Source of the DNA: Chloroflexota bacterium
Lineage (GTDB): Bacteria; Chloroflexota; Dehalococcoidia; Bin125
Direction: 5' to 3'
Assembly (NCBI GenBank): GCA_026707145.1
Contig: JAPOXK010000011.1
Coordinates: forward strand, 35,908 to 99,907
DNA: 64,000 nucleotides
In this document: piece by piece, positions 52,314 to 60,915 of the stretch
Numbering within the stretch: position 1 is the first letter of the stretch
Layout of the letters: each line of letters opens with the position of its first letter
Translations under genes and position numbers: made by a program
Notes under the pieces: model-generated
Told to the model about the DNA's origin: nothing
Database searches by the model: none
What the model saw: only the letters and a program-made list of their open reading frames with translations

Positions 52314-52550
52314 GTGGCGCAACAGGGGCAGATCGTCGCGGCGCTGGCGGCACTGGGCTGGACCGAGTGCGGTGAAGACGGCGCCGTCCTCGTCTTCCAC
52401 AACCCCGGGCTGCCGGAGCATCCCGTCGTGTGGGACCCGGACACGGGCGCCGACGCCCTCGCCCCGCAGCTCCAGCGCGCGGGGGTCTCCGGCCACGAGC
52501 TGGGGCGCGCCCTGCGGGAGGCTCCGCCCGCCGCCCCGGACGGCGGCTAG
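52314..52550 (+). CDS. HicA-like toxin (YcfA family)
   Basis: ALAALGWTECGEDGAVLVFHNPGLPEHPVVWDP...LQRAGVS parallels HicA (GW...GSH..F.HP......VP.H.....G.L..I.KQAGL). Begins 13 nt after the HicB-like stop. Confidence 0.5.
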   Translation: MAQQGQIVAALAALGWTECGEDGAVLVFHNPGLPEHPVVWDPDTGADALAPQLQRAGVSGHELGRALREAPPAAPDGG

Positions 52551-52823
52551 GGACGCCGGGGAGCCCGCGCCCGCCCGCGCTCCCTGCATCAGGGGCGCGA
52601 AACCGCCGCCGCCACGAGCCTTTCAGCGGGCGCGGCCCGCATCCTCACCCCGGCGGCGCGCCGGCGATGGCGCGGGCCGCTTCGCCTTCCGCCCCGGCCG
52701 CCCGGGGGCCCGGCGGCCAGGTCGCCTTCCTTCGCCTATCTCCTATGATTGATCGAGGAGCCGGCGGGCGCCGCGCGTTCGGGATCCGTCCCTGCGGAGG
52801 CGTTCGCGCGAGGGAAAGCGGTC

Positions 52824-54056
52824 ATGCAGCGCGATCGCACGCGGAAAGGGCTTGCCGTCTGGATCCTGGCGCTGGTCGCGCTGGGGACGTGGCTGGGCGC
52901 CGGGATGGCCCTGAACGCCGGCCTGCGCTACACCCCGGCGTCGGCCGTGAACGGAGAGGATCCGCTCCCGGCCCTGATCACGGTGACCCCGTCGGAGCGC
53001 ACGGCCCTCCCGCTCGGCGCCCCCGGCGAGGAGAACCCGTCCAAGGAGTGGACGGTGCGGGTGACGGACGCCGGCGGCGCCGGCGTGGCCGGCCTGCTCG
53101 AAGGCTCCTTCCGCCGGCTGTACGTCACTAGCGAGTTCGGCAGCCGCCTGCACGTGCGCTCCATCGCCGATGCCGCCGCGGCCGGCCGGGCGGGTGACTA
53201 CACCGTCTCCCTGGCCGCCGGCGCCGGCGCCGCGCCCGGCTCCCAGCACAACGCCCGCGTGACGGTGATCCGGCCCGGCTTCGGTCCGCTGACGGCGCTC
53301 ATCAACGTGGTGATCGGGAACCCGGGGGAAACCCTTGGCCCCGAGACCGGCGACGGCTCGGAGGACGATGCGGGCGGCGGCGCAACCGGCATCGCGGCGC
53401 ACAGCACGCACGTCACCAGCTATCCGCCTCTCGAACGGCTGGGCGACACCTTCCAAATCCGGGTCGCTCCCGGCGGCACGGTCTGGGTCCGGGTCACCTT
53501 CTTCGATGCGGAGTTCGACGCGGTGCCGGACGGCACCGAGGTCACGATCCACGAGATCGGCGCCAATCCCGGGATCGTCGTCGCGCTCCCGCGGGGCACC
53601 TGGCGCAGCCTGCTCGCCTTGCCCACGGCGCCGGGCGTCCCCGCTCTCGACTCCGTCGAAGAGTCCGCTCTCGGGATGGATCGGGGCGTGACCGAGGACG
53701 GGTCGGTGCACCTGCTCTACATCGCCTCGCCCGTGCCCCCGCCAAGCGCCGCGCCGCAGCGGATCATCGCGATCTCGGGGAATGCCTCCGCGCTGATCGA
53801 GATCTTCGTGGGCGCGGCCGACGACGAGCCCTACGTGCTGCCCCTCAAGCAGGGCGGGCAGTTCGTCCGGGCGAGCTTCGAGGCCCGCGCGGCCGACCTC
53901 TTCGGGGATCGGGTGACGGTCGCCTGGAAGTACGATGGCCCGGAGGCCGGATGGATCGCCTATATCCCGGCCATCGGCCTCGCGAACTTCGCCATCGCGC
54001 CCGGCGATTTCCTCTGGGTCGTCTCGCCGGGCGGCCAGACGCTCGCGGTGCCGTAG
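52824..54056 (+). CDS. secreted hypothetical protein with C-terminal GWNLV-type module
   Basis: TM/signal N-terminus and an unknown ~300 aa region. The terminal module is VTVAWKYDGPEAGWIAYIPAIGLANFAIAPGDFLWVV. GAGGGA Shine-Dalgarno. Confidence 0.7.
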   Translation: MQRDRTRKGLAVWILALVALGTWLGAGMALNAGLRYTPASAVNGEDPLPALITVTPSERTALPLGAPGEENPSKEWTVRVTDAGGAGVAGLLEGSFRRLYVTSEFGSRLHVRSIADAAAAGRAGDYTVSLAAGAGAAPGSQHNARVTVIRPGFGPLTALINVVIGNPGETLGPETGDGSEDDAGGGATGIAAHSTHVTSYPPLERLGDTFQIRVAPGGTVWVRVTFFDAEFDAVPDGTEVTIHEIGANPGIVVALPRGTWRSLLALPTAPGVPALDSVEESALGMDRGVTEDGSVHLLYIASPVPPPSAAPQRIIAISGNASALIEIFVGAADDEPYVLPLKQGGQFVRASFEARAADLFGDRVTVAWKYDGPEAGWIAYIPAIGLANFAIAPGDFLWVVSPGGQTLAVP

Positions 54057-54167
54057 CAGCGTTCTCCCATTGCTCTTCTGGCCTCTCGGGAGCGACGCCC
54101 ATACGATTGTCTGGAGCGGCCGGTGGCGGTGGCCGGCTTTGCAAGCAAGAGCCGGCCGGGAGTCTTG

Positions 54168-56552
54168 ATGCGGCCTCTCTTGGCAACTCTCGCACGGCTT
54201 GCCCTCTTCGCCCTGATCGTGATCGTGGTCGCCCTGCTGATCTTTCTGCCCCTGGCGGCCACGGGCGGCTTCGTTCTCTTCCCCGCCGCCGCCGCGCAGG
54301 ATGGCGCGGGGGAGGCGCCGATCTTCGTGGTGGCGACGCCGGGCGACGGCGGCGACGGGGTTTGCGACGTCTCCTGCACGCTGCGCGACGCCCTGTTGGC
54401 GGCGAACGCGGCTGGGGGCGCCCGCGTCCATTTCGCCATCGGCGCCGGCCCCGTGCGTCTCTTCCCCGTCCGCCCCCTCCCCACCATCAGCGGCCCCGGC
54501 ACGGTGATCGACGGCACGACCCAGCCGGGCTGGCGCGGCGACCCGATCGTCATGATCGACGGCGCGGCCGCCGGCGCGACGAGCGGCCTCGTCTCCATCG
54601 CGCCCCGGGTGGAGTTCCGCGGCCTGGTCGTCGGCAACTTCGCCCACTACGGGCTGGCCGCCCGGGGCACGGCCGCGGTCGCCAACCGCTTCCTGGGGAA
54701 TTGGGTTGGGACGGACCCGTCCGGCCGGGTCGCGGCGCCCAACCGGCGGGGCGGCATCGGCGTGGTCGACGGCGCCGCGCAGGCGCTCGTGGGCGATAGC
54801 TGCGAGGGCTGCGGCAACCGGCTGGCGGGAAACAGCGCGCCCGGCCGCTCGGGCTACGGCGTGGTGGTCGGCGGCGCCGGCCGCACCGGCTTCGGGCTGG
54901 TGGTCGGCGGCGCCGGGAGCTCGGCGGCGCAAGTGGTCAACAACACGATCGGGCTGGGAAGCGACGGCGCGGCGCTGCCCAACGACGCCGGCGTGCTGAT
55001 CGTCGACGGCGGTTGGGCCGAGATCGGCGGCGCGGGTCCGAACGAGCGCAACCTGATCAGCGGCAACCGCTTGGCCGGGATCGAGCTGCGCGACGCCGGC
55101 AGCAAGACCATGCAGATCCAGGGCAACTGGATCGGGCTCGCGCCCGGTGGCGCGGCGACGGTCGGCAACGACGTGGGCATCTTCATCCACGGCGCCCGGG
55201 AGGGGACGGCGCAGGTGATCGTGGGCGGGCTGCAGGCCGCCAGCCGTAACGTGATCAGCGGCAATCGCGTGGGCCTGGCCCTGGAGCGGGGGGCGCGGGC
55301 GATCGCCGTGATCGGCAACTGGATCGGCCTCAGCGCCGACGGCGCGTCGCCGCTGCCCAACGAGGAGGACGGCGTCTCCGTGCTGCGGGACACCCGCCAC
55401 ATCACCATCGGCGGCTCCACCGTGGCGCAGGGGAACTACATCATGAGCGCCGGCAACGGCGTGACCGTGGAAGGCGCGGCGGGGGTCTCCATCCAGAACA
55501 ACGGCATCGGCGTCATGCCGGACGGCTCGCTGGTGGGGAGCCTGGCCGGGATCATGCTGCGCAACGGCGCCCGGGAGACGATCGTTCGCAGCAATCGCAT
55601 CGGGGGCAGCGCCGCCGGCGTGCTCCTGCTGCACGAGAGCACGGTGCGCAACCGCGTCAGCCGCAACCTCTTCCTCGGCAACGCGGGGATCGCCATCGAC
55701 CTCGGCGGCGACGGCCCCACGGCCAACGACCCCGGCGACGCCGATGCCGGGCCCAACGGCCGGCTCAACACCCCCGTCATCCTGGGCGCGAGCCCGGAGC
55801 GCGTGCACGGCAGCGCGTCTCCCGGCGCCGTGGTCGAGCTCTACGCCGTGGCCGCGCCCGGCTTCCCCCAGCTCGACCGGAGCGGCTTTGGCCCCGGCGG
55901 CCGCTACCTGGGCGAGACGGTCGCGGACGCCGCCGGCGAGTGGTCGCTGGAGGCCGAGGTCGAGCCAGGCGCGGCCGTCAGCGCGATCGCGATCGACGCG
56001 GCCGGCAACACCTCCGAGTTCGCGGCCAACTTCGTCGGGGAGCAGATCGCGCTGTCGCTGGAGGCCGGCTTCACGCCCGTCGGCTGGTTCGGGGAGGAGA
56101 TAGAGCCCGCGCTGGCCTTCGAGACGATCGCGCATCGCCTGGAAGCGGTCTTCCGTTACGACGCCGGCGCCCAGCGCTGGGAGACGTTCCGCCCCATCCT
56201 GCCCCGCCACAGCAGTCTGGGCCAGCTGCGGCGCGGCGACGCGCTCTGGCTGCTGCTCTCGCCCGGTCCCCCGGTCGCATGGGCGCCGCCCGCCGCCCTG
56301 CCCGTCAGCCGCGCACTGGCCCTGCAGCGCGGCTTCAACTTCGTCACCTGGGCCGGGCCGCCGCGCGCGGCGGCGGAGGCGCTGGCGCCGCTCGCCGGTC
56401 GGATCTCCTCGGCGTACCACTGGAACCCGGAACGCGGGGCCTTCGAGATCGTCTTCCACTCGGCCCCCCTTCCAATCCGCGAGGTGATCCTGCAGCCCGG
56501 CGACGTGCTCTGGCTGAGCATGACCGAAGTGGCCGCCTGGCAGCAGCGCTGA
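54168..56552 (+). CDS. secreted right-handed parallel beta-helix repeat protein with two C-terminal GWNLV-type modules
   Basis: Signal/TM N-terminus and many ~22-aa beta-helix coils (GNRLAGIELRD, GNWIGL, ISGNRVGLAL). Ends with two module copies (GFTPVGWFG...GDALWLL and GFNFVTWAG...GDVLWL). Confidence 0.75.
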   Translation: MRPLLATLARLALFALIVIVVALLIFLPLAATGGFVLFPAAAAQDGAGEAPIFVVATPGDGGDGVCDVSCTLRDALLAANAAGGARVHFAIGAGPVRLFPVRPLPTISGPGTVIDGTTQPGWRGDPIVMIDGAAAGATSGLVSIAPRVEFRGLVVGNFAHYGLAARGTAAVANRFLGNWVGTDPSGRVAAPNRRGGIGVVDGAAQALVGDSCEGCGNRLAGNSAPGRSGYGVVVGGAGRTGFGLVVGGAGSSAAQVVNNTIGLGSDGAALPNDAGVLIVDGGWAEIGGAGPNERNLISGNRLAGIELRDAGSKTMQIQGNWIGLAPGGAATVGNDVGIFIHGAREGTAQVIVGGLQAASRNVISGNRVGLALERGARAIAVIGNWIGLSADGASPLPNEEDGVSVLRDTRHITIGGSTVAQGNYIMSAGNGVTVEGAAGVSIQNNGIGVMPDGSLVGSLAGIMLRNGARETIVRSNRIGGSAAGVLLLHESTVRNRVSRNLFLGNAGIAIDLGGDGPTANDPGDADAGPNGRLNTPVILGASPERVHGSASPGAVVELYAVAAPGFPQLDRSGFGPGGRYLGETVADAAGEWSLEAEVEPGAAVSAIAIDAAGNTSEFAANFVGEQIALSLEAGFTPVGWFGEEIEPALAFETIAHRLEAVFRYDAGAQRWETFRPILPRHSSLGQLRRGDALWLLLSPGPPVAWAPPAALPVSRALALQRGFNFVTWAGPPRAAAEALAPLAGRISSAYHWNPERGAFEIVFHSAPLPIREVILQPGDVLWLSMTEVAAWQQR

Positions 56553-56673
56553 GGTGGAGGCGGGGGCGCGCCGGCAAAACGCCCGCCGATAATGGCTTTT
56601 AAGCGCGGCGTTCGATTGACCGGCCGCGAGGCCATCTCTAGCCTTGACACGCCGCTGCGCGGCGGTCGACTGC

Positions 56674-56751
56674 GGTGGGCGTCGCCTAGAGGCCTAAGGC
56701 GCCAGGTTGTGGCCCTGGTATTCGTGGGTTCGAATCCCACCGTCCACCCCA
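56674..56751 (+). tRNA. tRNA-His (GTG)
   Basis: Manual fold: G-1, acceptor GTGGGCG/CGTCCAC (one G-T wobble), D arm GCCT/AGGC, anticodon arm CCAGG-ttGTGgc-CCTGG, T arm GTGGG-TTCGAAT-CCCAC, discriminator C, encoded CCA. Confidence 0.85.
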
Positions 56752-56815
56752 ACCCGATCCGTTGGAGAGCGCCGTCAGTGATCGGAACGTGACCGCAAGA
56801 TGATTGGAGATCGCG

Positions 56816-56878
56816 ATGCCGTTTGAAGGTTTGATTCGTTGGGTGCGCGGTATGATCGATCGCGTGCTGGGCCGCTAA
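56816..56878 (+). CDS. micro-ORF 1 (MPFEGLIRWVRGMIDRVLGR)
   Basis: GGAGA 6 nt upstream of the ATG, 20 codons, TAA stop. Confidence 0.3.
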   Translation: MPFEGLIRWVRGMIDRVLGR

Positions 56879-56957
56879 AGGGGTCGTTCGATCCCGCTCG
56901 CTCCACCGGGGAGCGCCGCTGGCGATCGGTGATGTTGGAAAGCGATTGGAGATCGCG

Positions 56958-57020
56958 ATGCCGTTTGAAGGTTTGATTCGTTGGGTGCGCGGTATGATCG
57001 ATCGCGTGCTGGGCCGCTAA
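56958..57020 (+). CDS. micro-ORF 2 (identical to micro-ORF 1)
   Basis: Exact duplicate 142 nt downstream. Confidence 0.3.
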   Translation: MPFEGLIRWVRGMIDRVLGR

Positions 57021-57089
57021 AGGGTTGTTCGATCCCGCTCGCTCCACTGGGGAGCGCCGCCGGCGATCGGAAGGGGAAGGGAGAATGTG

Positions 57090-57167
57090 ATGCCATGTTG
57101 TAAAGACATATTGCACCGTATGCGTGGCATGATCGGGAGCGTGGTCAATCGCGTGCTGGGCCGCTAA
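57090..57167 (+). CDS. micro-ORF 3 (MPCCKDILHRMRGMIGSVVNRVLGR)
   Basis: Purine-rich GGGAAGGGAGA upstream. 25 codons. Keeps the R.RGMI...RVLGR C-terminus with an in-frame 3-codon insertion. Confidence 0.3.
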   Translation: MPCCKDILHRMRGMIGSVVNRVLGR

Positions 57168-57238
57168 GGCCAACCCTTCGACCGAACCGGCTTCACCGGG
57201 GAGCGCCGCTGGCGATCAGAGCGTGACTGGAGATCGCG

Positions 57239-57307
57239 ATGCCGCTTGCACTTGCGGGCGTGATGCGTTGGGTGCGCCGTTTCGTCGACCGATTGCCGGG
57301 CCGCTGA
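57239..57307 (+). CDS. micro-ORF 4 (MPLALAGVMRWVRRFVDRLPGR)
   Basis: GGAGA Shine-Dalgarno, 22 codons, in-frame 2-codon indel relative to unit 1. TGA stop 10 nt before the lipoprotein GTG. Confidence 0.3.
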   Translation: MPLALAGVMRWVRRFVDRLPGR

Positions 57308-57316
57308 AGGTAACCC

Positions 57317-57880
57317 GTGTTCCCTAGAGAGGGACTCCGGCTGCAGCGGCGCGTGCTCGGGTGGGGGCTTCTTCTCCTGGGACTCGTCGCGGTCGTGCTG
57401 CTGGTCGCTTGCGACCGTTCCGACGACGAGGAGCGTCTGGCCGCCCAGCGGCTCTTTCGCAACTACCTGGTCCAGGCCGACAGTACGGCTGCCGCCGACG
57501 TGCGCATCCAGGGCTTCGTCGATACCCTCCCGCCCGACTTTCCTCTGCCCGACGGACTCGTGCTCCTCGGCTCCGGATTTACGGATACGGAGACCACCCG
57601 CGAGCTGATCGTGGGCTGGGAGTCCGACCAGAGCGCGGACGATCTCTACGACTTCTATCGCGAGGCGCTGGATACCGAGCCCTGGTCCATCGCCTCCGAC
57701 CCGCGCGTCATCGGCATCGACTTCATTCGCTTCACCGACGTGGATTACCCGGCCTTTGAGGGCGAGCTGCGGATCGCGCAAGAGGGTGATCAGGCCGTGG
57801 TCGTCCTGATCGCCCGCGAGGCGCTCGGCGCCCCCGGCGAAGAGGACGCCCGCCCCGCCCCGACCGGCGCCCATCCCTAG
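57317..57880 (+). CDS. lipoprotein, hypothetical
   Basis: Signal peptide with lipobox LLVAC, 187 aa, acidic mature domain. Confidence 0.55.
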   Translation: MFPREGLRLQRRVLGWGLLLLGLVAVVLLVACDRSDDEERLAAQRLFRNYLVQADSTAAADVRIQGFVDTLPPDFPLPDGLVLLGSGFTDTETTRELIVGWESDQSADDLYDFYREALDTEPWSIASDPRVIGIDFIRFTDVDYPAFEGELRIAQEGDQAVVVLIAREALGAPGEEDARPAPTGAHP

Positions 57881-57902
57881 GCGCCTGACGGGAGGTTGCC
57901 GG

Positions 57903-59249
57903 TCAGTCGATCTGGCTGATCAGGAGCGCAGCCATCCCCAAGAAGAAGAAGAAGCCCATGACGTCCGTCACAGCCGTGACGACGATGCTGCTACCCAGCG
58001 CTGGATCGGAGCGGAAGAGGCGCAGGCTGGTCGGGACCAGAACGCCCGCGATGCCGGCGATCAGCAGGTTCCCCAGCATCGCCACGCCGATCACGATGCC
58101 GAGGTAGAGGTTGTCTTGCCACACACCCGCCAGCACGGCCACGAGCAGGCCGAGCGCGGCCCCGTTCAGGACGGCGATCGCGATCTCCCGCGGGAGCACC
58201 TCGCGCCATTGTCGGCGGTCGTATTCGCCCAGCGCCATGGCGCGCACCACGAGCGTGAGCGTCTGCGTGCCGGCGTTTCCCCCCAGTCCGGCCACGACCG
58301 GCAGAAAGATCGCCAGCGCCGCCGCTCGCTCCAGCGTGTCCTCGAACACCGAGATCGTGGCGGCGGCGATGAAGACGGTGATGATGTTGAGAGTCAGCCA
58401 GGGCAGCCGCCGCCGCACGGAGGGGACCACCGGGCCCATGAAGGGCTCTTCCTCGTCCAGCCCCACCATGCGGAACATATCCTCGGTGGCTTCCTGCTGC
58501 GCCACGTCGAGCAGCTCGTCCGCCGTCGTCACGCCGACGAGGTGGCCGCTCCCGTCGACGACCGGGACCGCCCGCAGCCCATAGTGCTGCAGTGTGCGCA
58601 GCACCTCCTCCTGGTCGGTCTCGGGCGTGGTCGTGATGACGTTGATGTCCATCAGCTCGTGCAGCGGACGGTCGGGCGCCGCCGTCAGGAGTTGGCGCAG
58701 GTTCAGCACTCCCAGCAGCCGGGAGGCTTCATCGAGTACGTAGAGGTAGTAGGCGTCCCCTTCGGGAAGCTGTGTCGTGCGCATGTAGTCGATCGCGCCG
58801 GCCGCCGTCATCTCCGGCCGCAGCGCCACCACGTTCGGCGTCATGATGCCGCCGGCGCTCTCGTCCGAGTGCGCCAGCAGCGGCTCCACCGCCGCCGTCT
58901 CATGCATCGAGCCGAGGACGGCGAACGATTCCTCCGGCGCCAGATTGTGGAGCACGTCGGCGGCGGTTTCCGGCGGCGAGGCGTCGAGCGCCGCCGCCAG
59001 CGCGTCGACCGCGATCAGCCGGGCGACGGCGGTTCGCTCCTGGGCCGTCAGGTGCTCCAGCAGCCCCGCCAATTGCTCCGGGCTGAAGCCTGCGATCAGG
59101 GCCTCGCGCGCCGCGTCGTCGAACTCGCCGAGCACGTCGGCTTGATCGGCGGGGTGCAGCGCCAGCAGGTACTGCTGGGCACCGCTGAAGTCCGCCGCGT
59201 CGACGCGCGCGGCCACTTCCCAGGCGGTGCTGCGAATCGTCTCTCGCAT
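57903..59249 (-). CDS. mgtE: magnesium transporter MgtE
   Basis: MgtE N-domain, two CBS domains and five C-terminal TM helices with the conserved GNAGTQ and PVVAGLGGN-like motifs. Start chosen at MRETIRST with a GGGAG Shine-Dalgarno. Confidence 0.85.
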   Translation of the reverse strand: MRETIRSTAWEVAARVDAADFSGAQQYLLALHPADQADVLGEFDDAAREALIAGFSPEQLAGLLEHLTAQERTAVARLIAVDALAAALDASPPETAADVLHNLAPEESFAVLGSMHETAAVEPLLAHSDESAGGIMTPNVVALRPEMTAAGAIDYMRTTQLPEGDAYYLYVLDEASRLLGVLNLRQLLTAAPDRPLHELMDINVITTTPETDQEEVLRTLQHYGLRAVPVVDGSGHLVGVTTADELLDVAQQEATEDMFRMVGLDEEEPFMGPVVPSVRRRLPWLTLNIITVFIAAATISVFEDTLERAAALAIFLPVVAGLGGNAGTQTLTLVVRAMALGEYDRRQWREVLPREIAIAVLNGAALGLLVAVLAGVWQDNLYLGIVIGVAMLGNLLIAGIAGVLVPTSLRLFRSDPALGSSIVVTAVTDVMGFFFFLGMAALLISQID

Positions 59250-59451
59250 ACGCTCCCGCCTTTCATGGCCGCCCGCCTGTGGGCCCCGCGCTGCGCCTCT
59301 GGCCCGGGCCCATCTCGCCGGAATAGATCCCTTGGCGAGGATTGGCCGCGCTGCTGCGATCGAGCAATCAACGATAGGACAGAAGGGGGCGCGCGTTGCC
59401 CGGACGTTAACCAAGCTGCGCCGCTGCCCGCCCCTGTTAGACTGCCCGCGA

Positions 59452-59528
59452 GCGCCCGTAGCTCAGTGGATCAGAGCGTCAGACTTCGGATCTGAAGGTC
59501 GGGGGTTCGAATCCCTCCGGGCGTGCCA
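59452..59528 (+). tRNA. tRNA-Arg (TCG)
   Basis: Manual fold: acceptor GCGCCCG/CGGGCGT, D arm GCTC-AGTGGATCA-GAGC, anticodon arm TCAGA-ctTCGga-TCTGA, T arm GGGGG-TTCGAAT-CCCTC, discriminator G, CCA. Close to the E. coli tRNA-Arg scaffold. Confidence 0.85.
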
Positions 59529-59591
59529 GGCCCGCCCCCTTCCCGAGGCCGCGCCTCCGCCTGTGGGAGCGCCTGCGAGAGAAGGAGCGCC

Positions 59592-60152
59592 GTGTCCGCG
59601 TTCGACTGGCGCAAGTACCTCAAGTTCCGCTGCACCGGCTGCGGCAACTGCTGCCGCGGCACCGTGGTGCTGATCACCGATGACGACGTCAACCGCATCG
59701 TTCAAGGCACCGGCCGCGATCCCCGCGACTTCGTCCGCTTTTACGACGAAGAACGCGTCGAGATCGCCAAATCCAGCCCTTGGTGGATCCGCCTGGGCGC
59801 CAAGCGGGCCGTCATGGCCTTGCGCTGGCAACGGGGGCCGCGCTGCATCTTTCTCTCGGCGGACAACAGCTGCGCCATCTACGAGCATCGCCCCGTCGTT
59901 TGCCGCGAGCACCCCTTCAACATCACTCTCTCGGAGCGCGGCGCGGTGCAGCGCATGACCATCAACCGCGTGGTCGATTGTCCCCACGACTGGGACGGCG
60001 ATCTCACGCGCCGGGAGATCGGCCGCGTCGCACGCTGGAATCAACGCCAGGCCGACGATTTCACCGGGAAGATCAAGACCTGGAACCGTGGCGCGAGGAG
60101 CCGCACCCGGCCGGGGTTCCTTCGGTTTCTAGGGCTCATTCCCGCCCGCTGA
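59592..60152 (+). CDS. YkgJ-family cysteine-cluster (Fe-S) protein
   Basis: CTGCGNCC near the N-terminus and CAIYEHRPVVC (CxxxxxRPxxC), typical of UPF0153/YkgJ. GTG start after an AAGGAG Shine-Dalgarno. Confidence 0.7.
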   Translation: MSAFDWRKYLKFRCTGCGNCCRGTVVLITDDDVNRIVQGTGRDPRDFVRFYDEERVEIAKSSPWWIRLGAKRAVMALRWQRGPRCIFLSADNSCAIYEHRPVVCREHPFNITLSERGAVQRMTINRVVDCPHDWDGDLTRREIGRVARWNQRQADDFTGKIKTWNRGARSRTRPGFLRFLGLIPAR

Positions 60153-60360
60153 CGCTGTCTCCACACCTCTTCCCCACGTTCTCTACCGATAGGGAGTGCA
60201 TATCCACACTTTTCCGCCGTCGTGGGAATGACAGAAAAATATTACTTAGGTCCTCACTATATAAGAGAAATTAAAATGCGTCTCTGCACGTATAAGTATC
60301 GGATACTATTTGATACGCATGTTATCTCAATTTTCCGCCTTTTAACTCATTGAAATCCGT

Positions 60361-60784
60361 TTCCCATGCTTGCTACGGTTTGCGGTGACTTCGCCGGGCG
60401 GTAGTGTTCCCGTCCGAACGAAGCCCCGGGAGGGCAAGCGGTTCAGGGGGCGAGGAAGGCACGCCTCGCTTCGATCTCCTGGAAGCGTCGTGAAAGCGCC
60501 GGCTGCAGCCGGGATAGCGTCAAGCGACGATCTGGAGAGATTGGCCGGTCCGATGCCCGGAGCCCGCGAGGGCTGAGAAATATCGGGCGCTCCTGAAAGT
60601 CTTGAGCGGCGGGGTGGAACCCGCCAAAGCGCCACTATCGGGCGCCTCAGCCGTAACCGGCCCTGCGCTTCGATGCGGATGGGTGTCGATCCGTAACGAA
60701 GTGGAGGGACGGCCGGAAGTCCGCAAAACGAACCGGGTGGGGCGACGCTCGGCCTTCGGGTCGGCCCCTACGGTTCGTTTTTTG
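60361..60784 (+). ncRNA. candidate structured non-coding RNA / long leader ending in intrinsic terminator
   Basis: ~420 nt with no credible ORF and many local helices (e.g. GGCGGGGTGGAACCCGCC). Ends in a 10-bp stem AAACGAACCG...CGGTTCGTTT followed by a T-run. No match to the RNase P, tmRNA, SRP or 6S motifs I can recall. Confidence 0.3.
60726..60784 (+). terminator. rho-independent terminator-like hairpin + T-tract
   Basis: AAACGAACCG-(35 nt GC-rich substem)-CGGTTCGTTT then TTTT. Confidence 0.5.
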
Positions 60785-60915
60785 CGTCCGGCGCCCGCGC
60801 TGCGTCGGCTGGAATTGTCCCGCCCTCTCCCTCGGTGCTAGGGTTGTGCGCGGTCGGTTTCGTGCGGAGACGGATGGATCGTCGGCCCGCGGCCGACCGA
60901 TGGGAGAGCACCCAG

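Larger units (their letters stand above)
56752..57310 (+). repeat. tandem array of four ~135-150 bp units each carrying an RBS plus a 20-25 codon micro-ORF
   Basis: Units 1 and 2 are identical over ~77 nt. Units 3 and 4 diverge by substitutions and in-frame indels. All share ggagatcgcg-ATG...GGGCCGCT(A/G)A and a conserved block ggggagcgccgctggcgatc. Confidence 0.8.

Noticed and set aside
60361-60784. RNase P RNA, tmRNA, SRP RNA or group II intron domain V
   Set aside because: I could not find the conserved GGAAAGUCCGG/ACAGAA(A)CCGG P4 strands, a tRNA-like 3-prime end, the SRP GGAA/AGCAG motif, or a 34-nt domain V. The terminal GAACCG...CGGTTC helix is too long-looped for DV.
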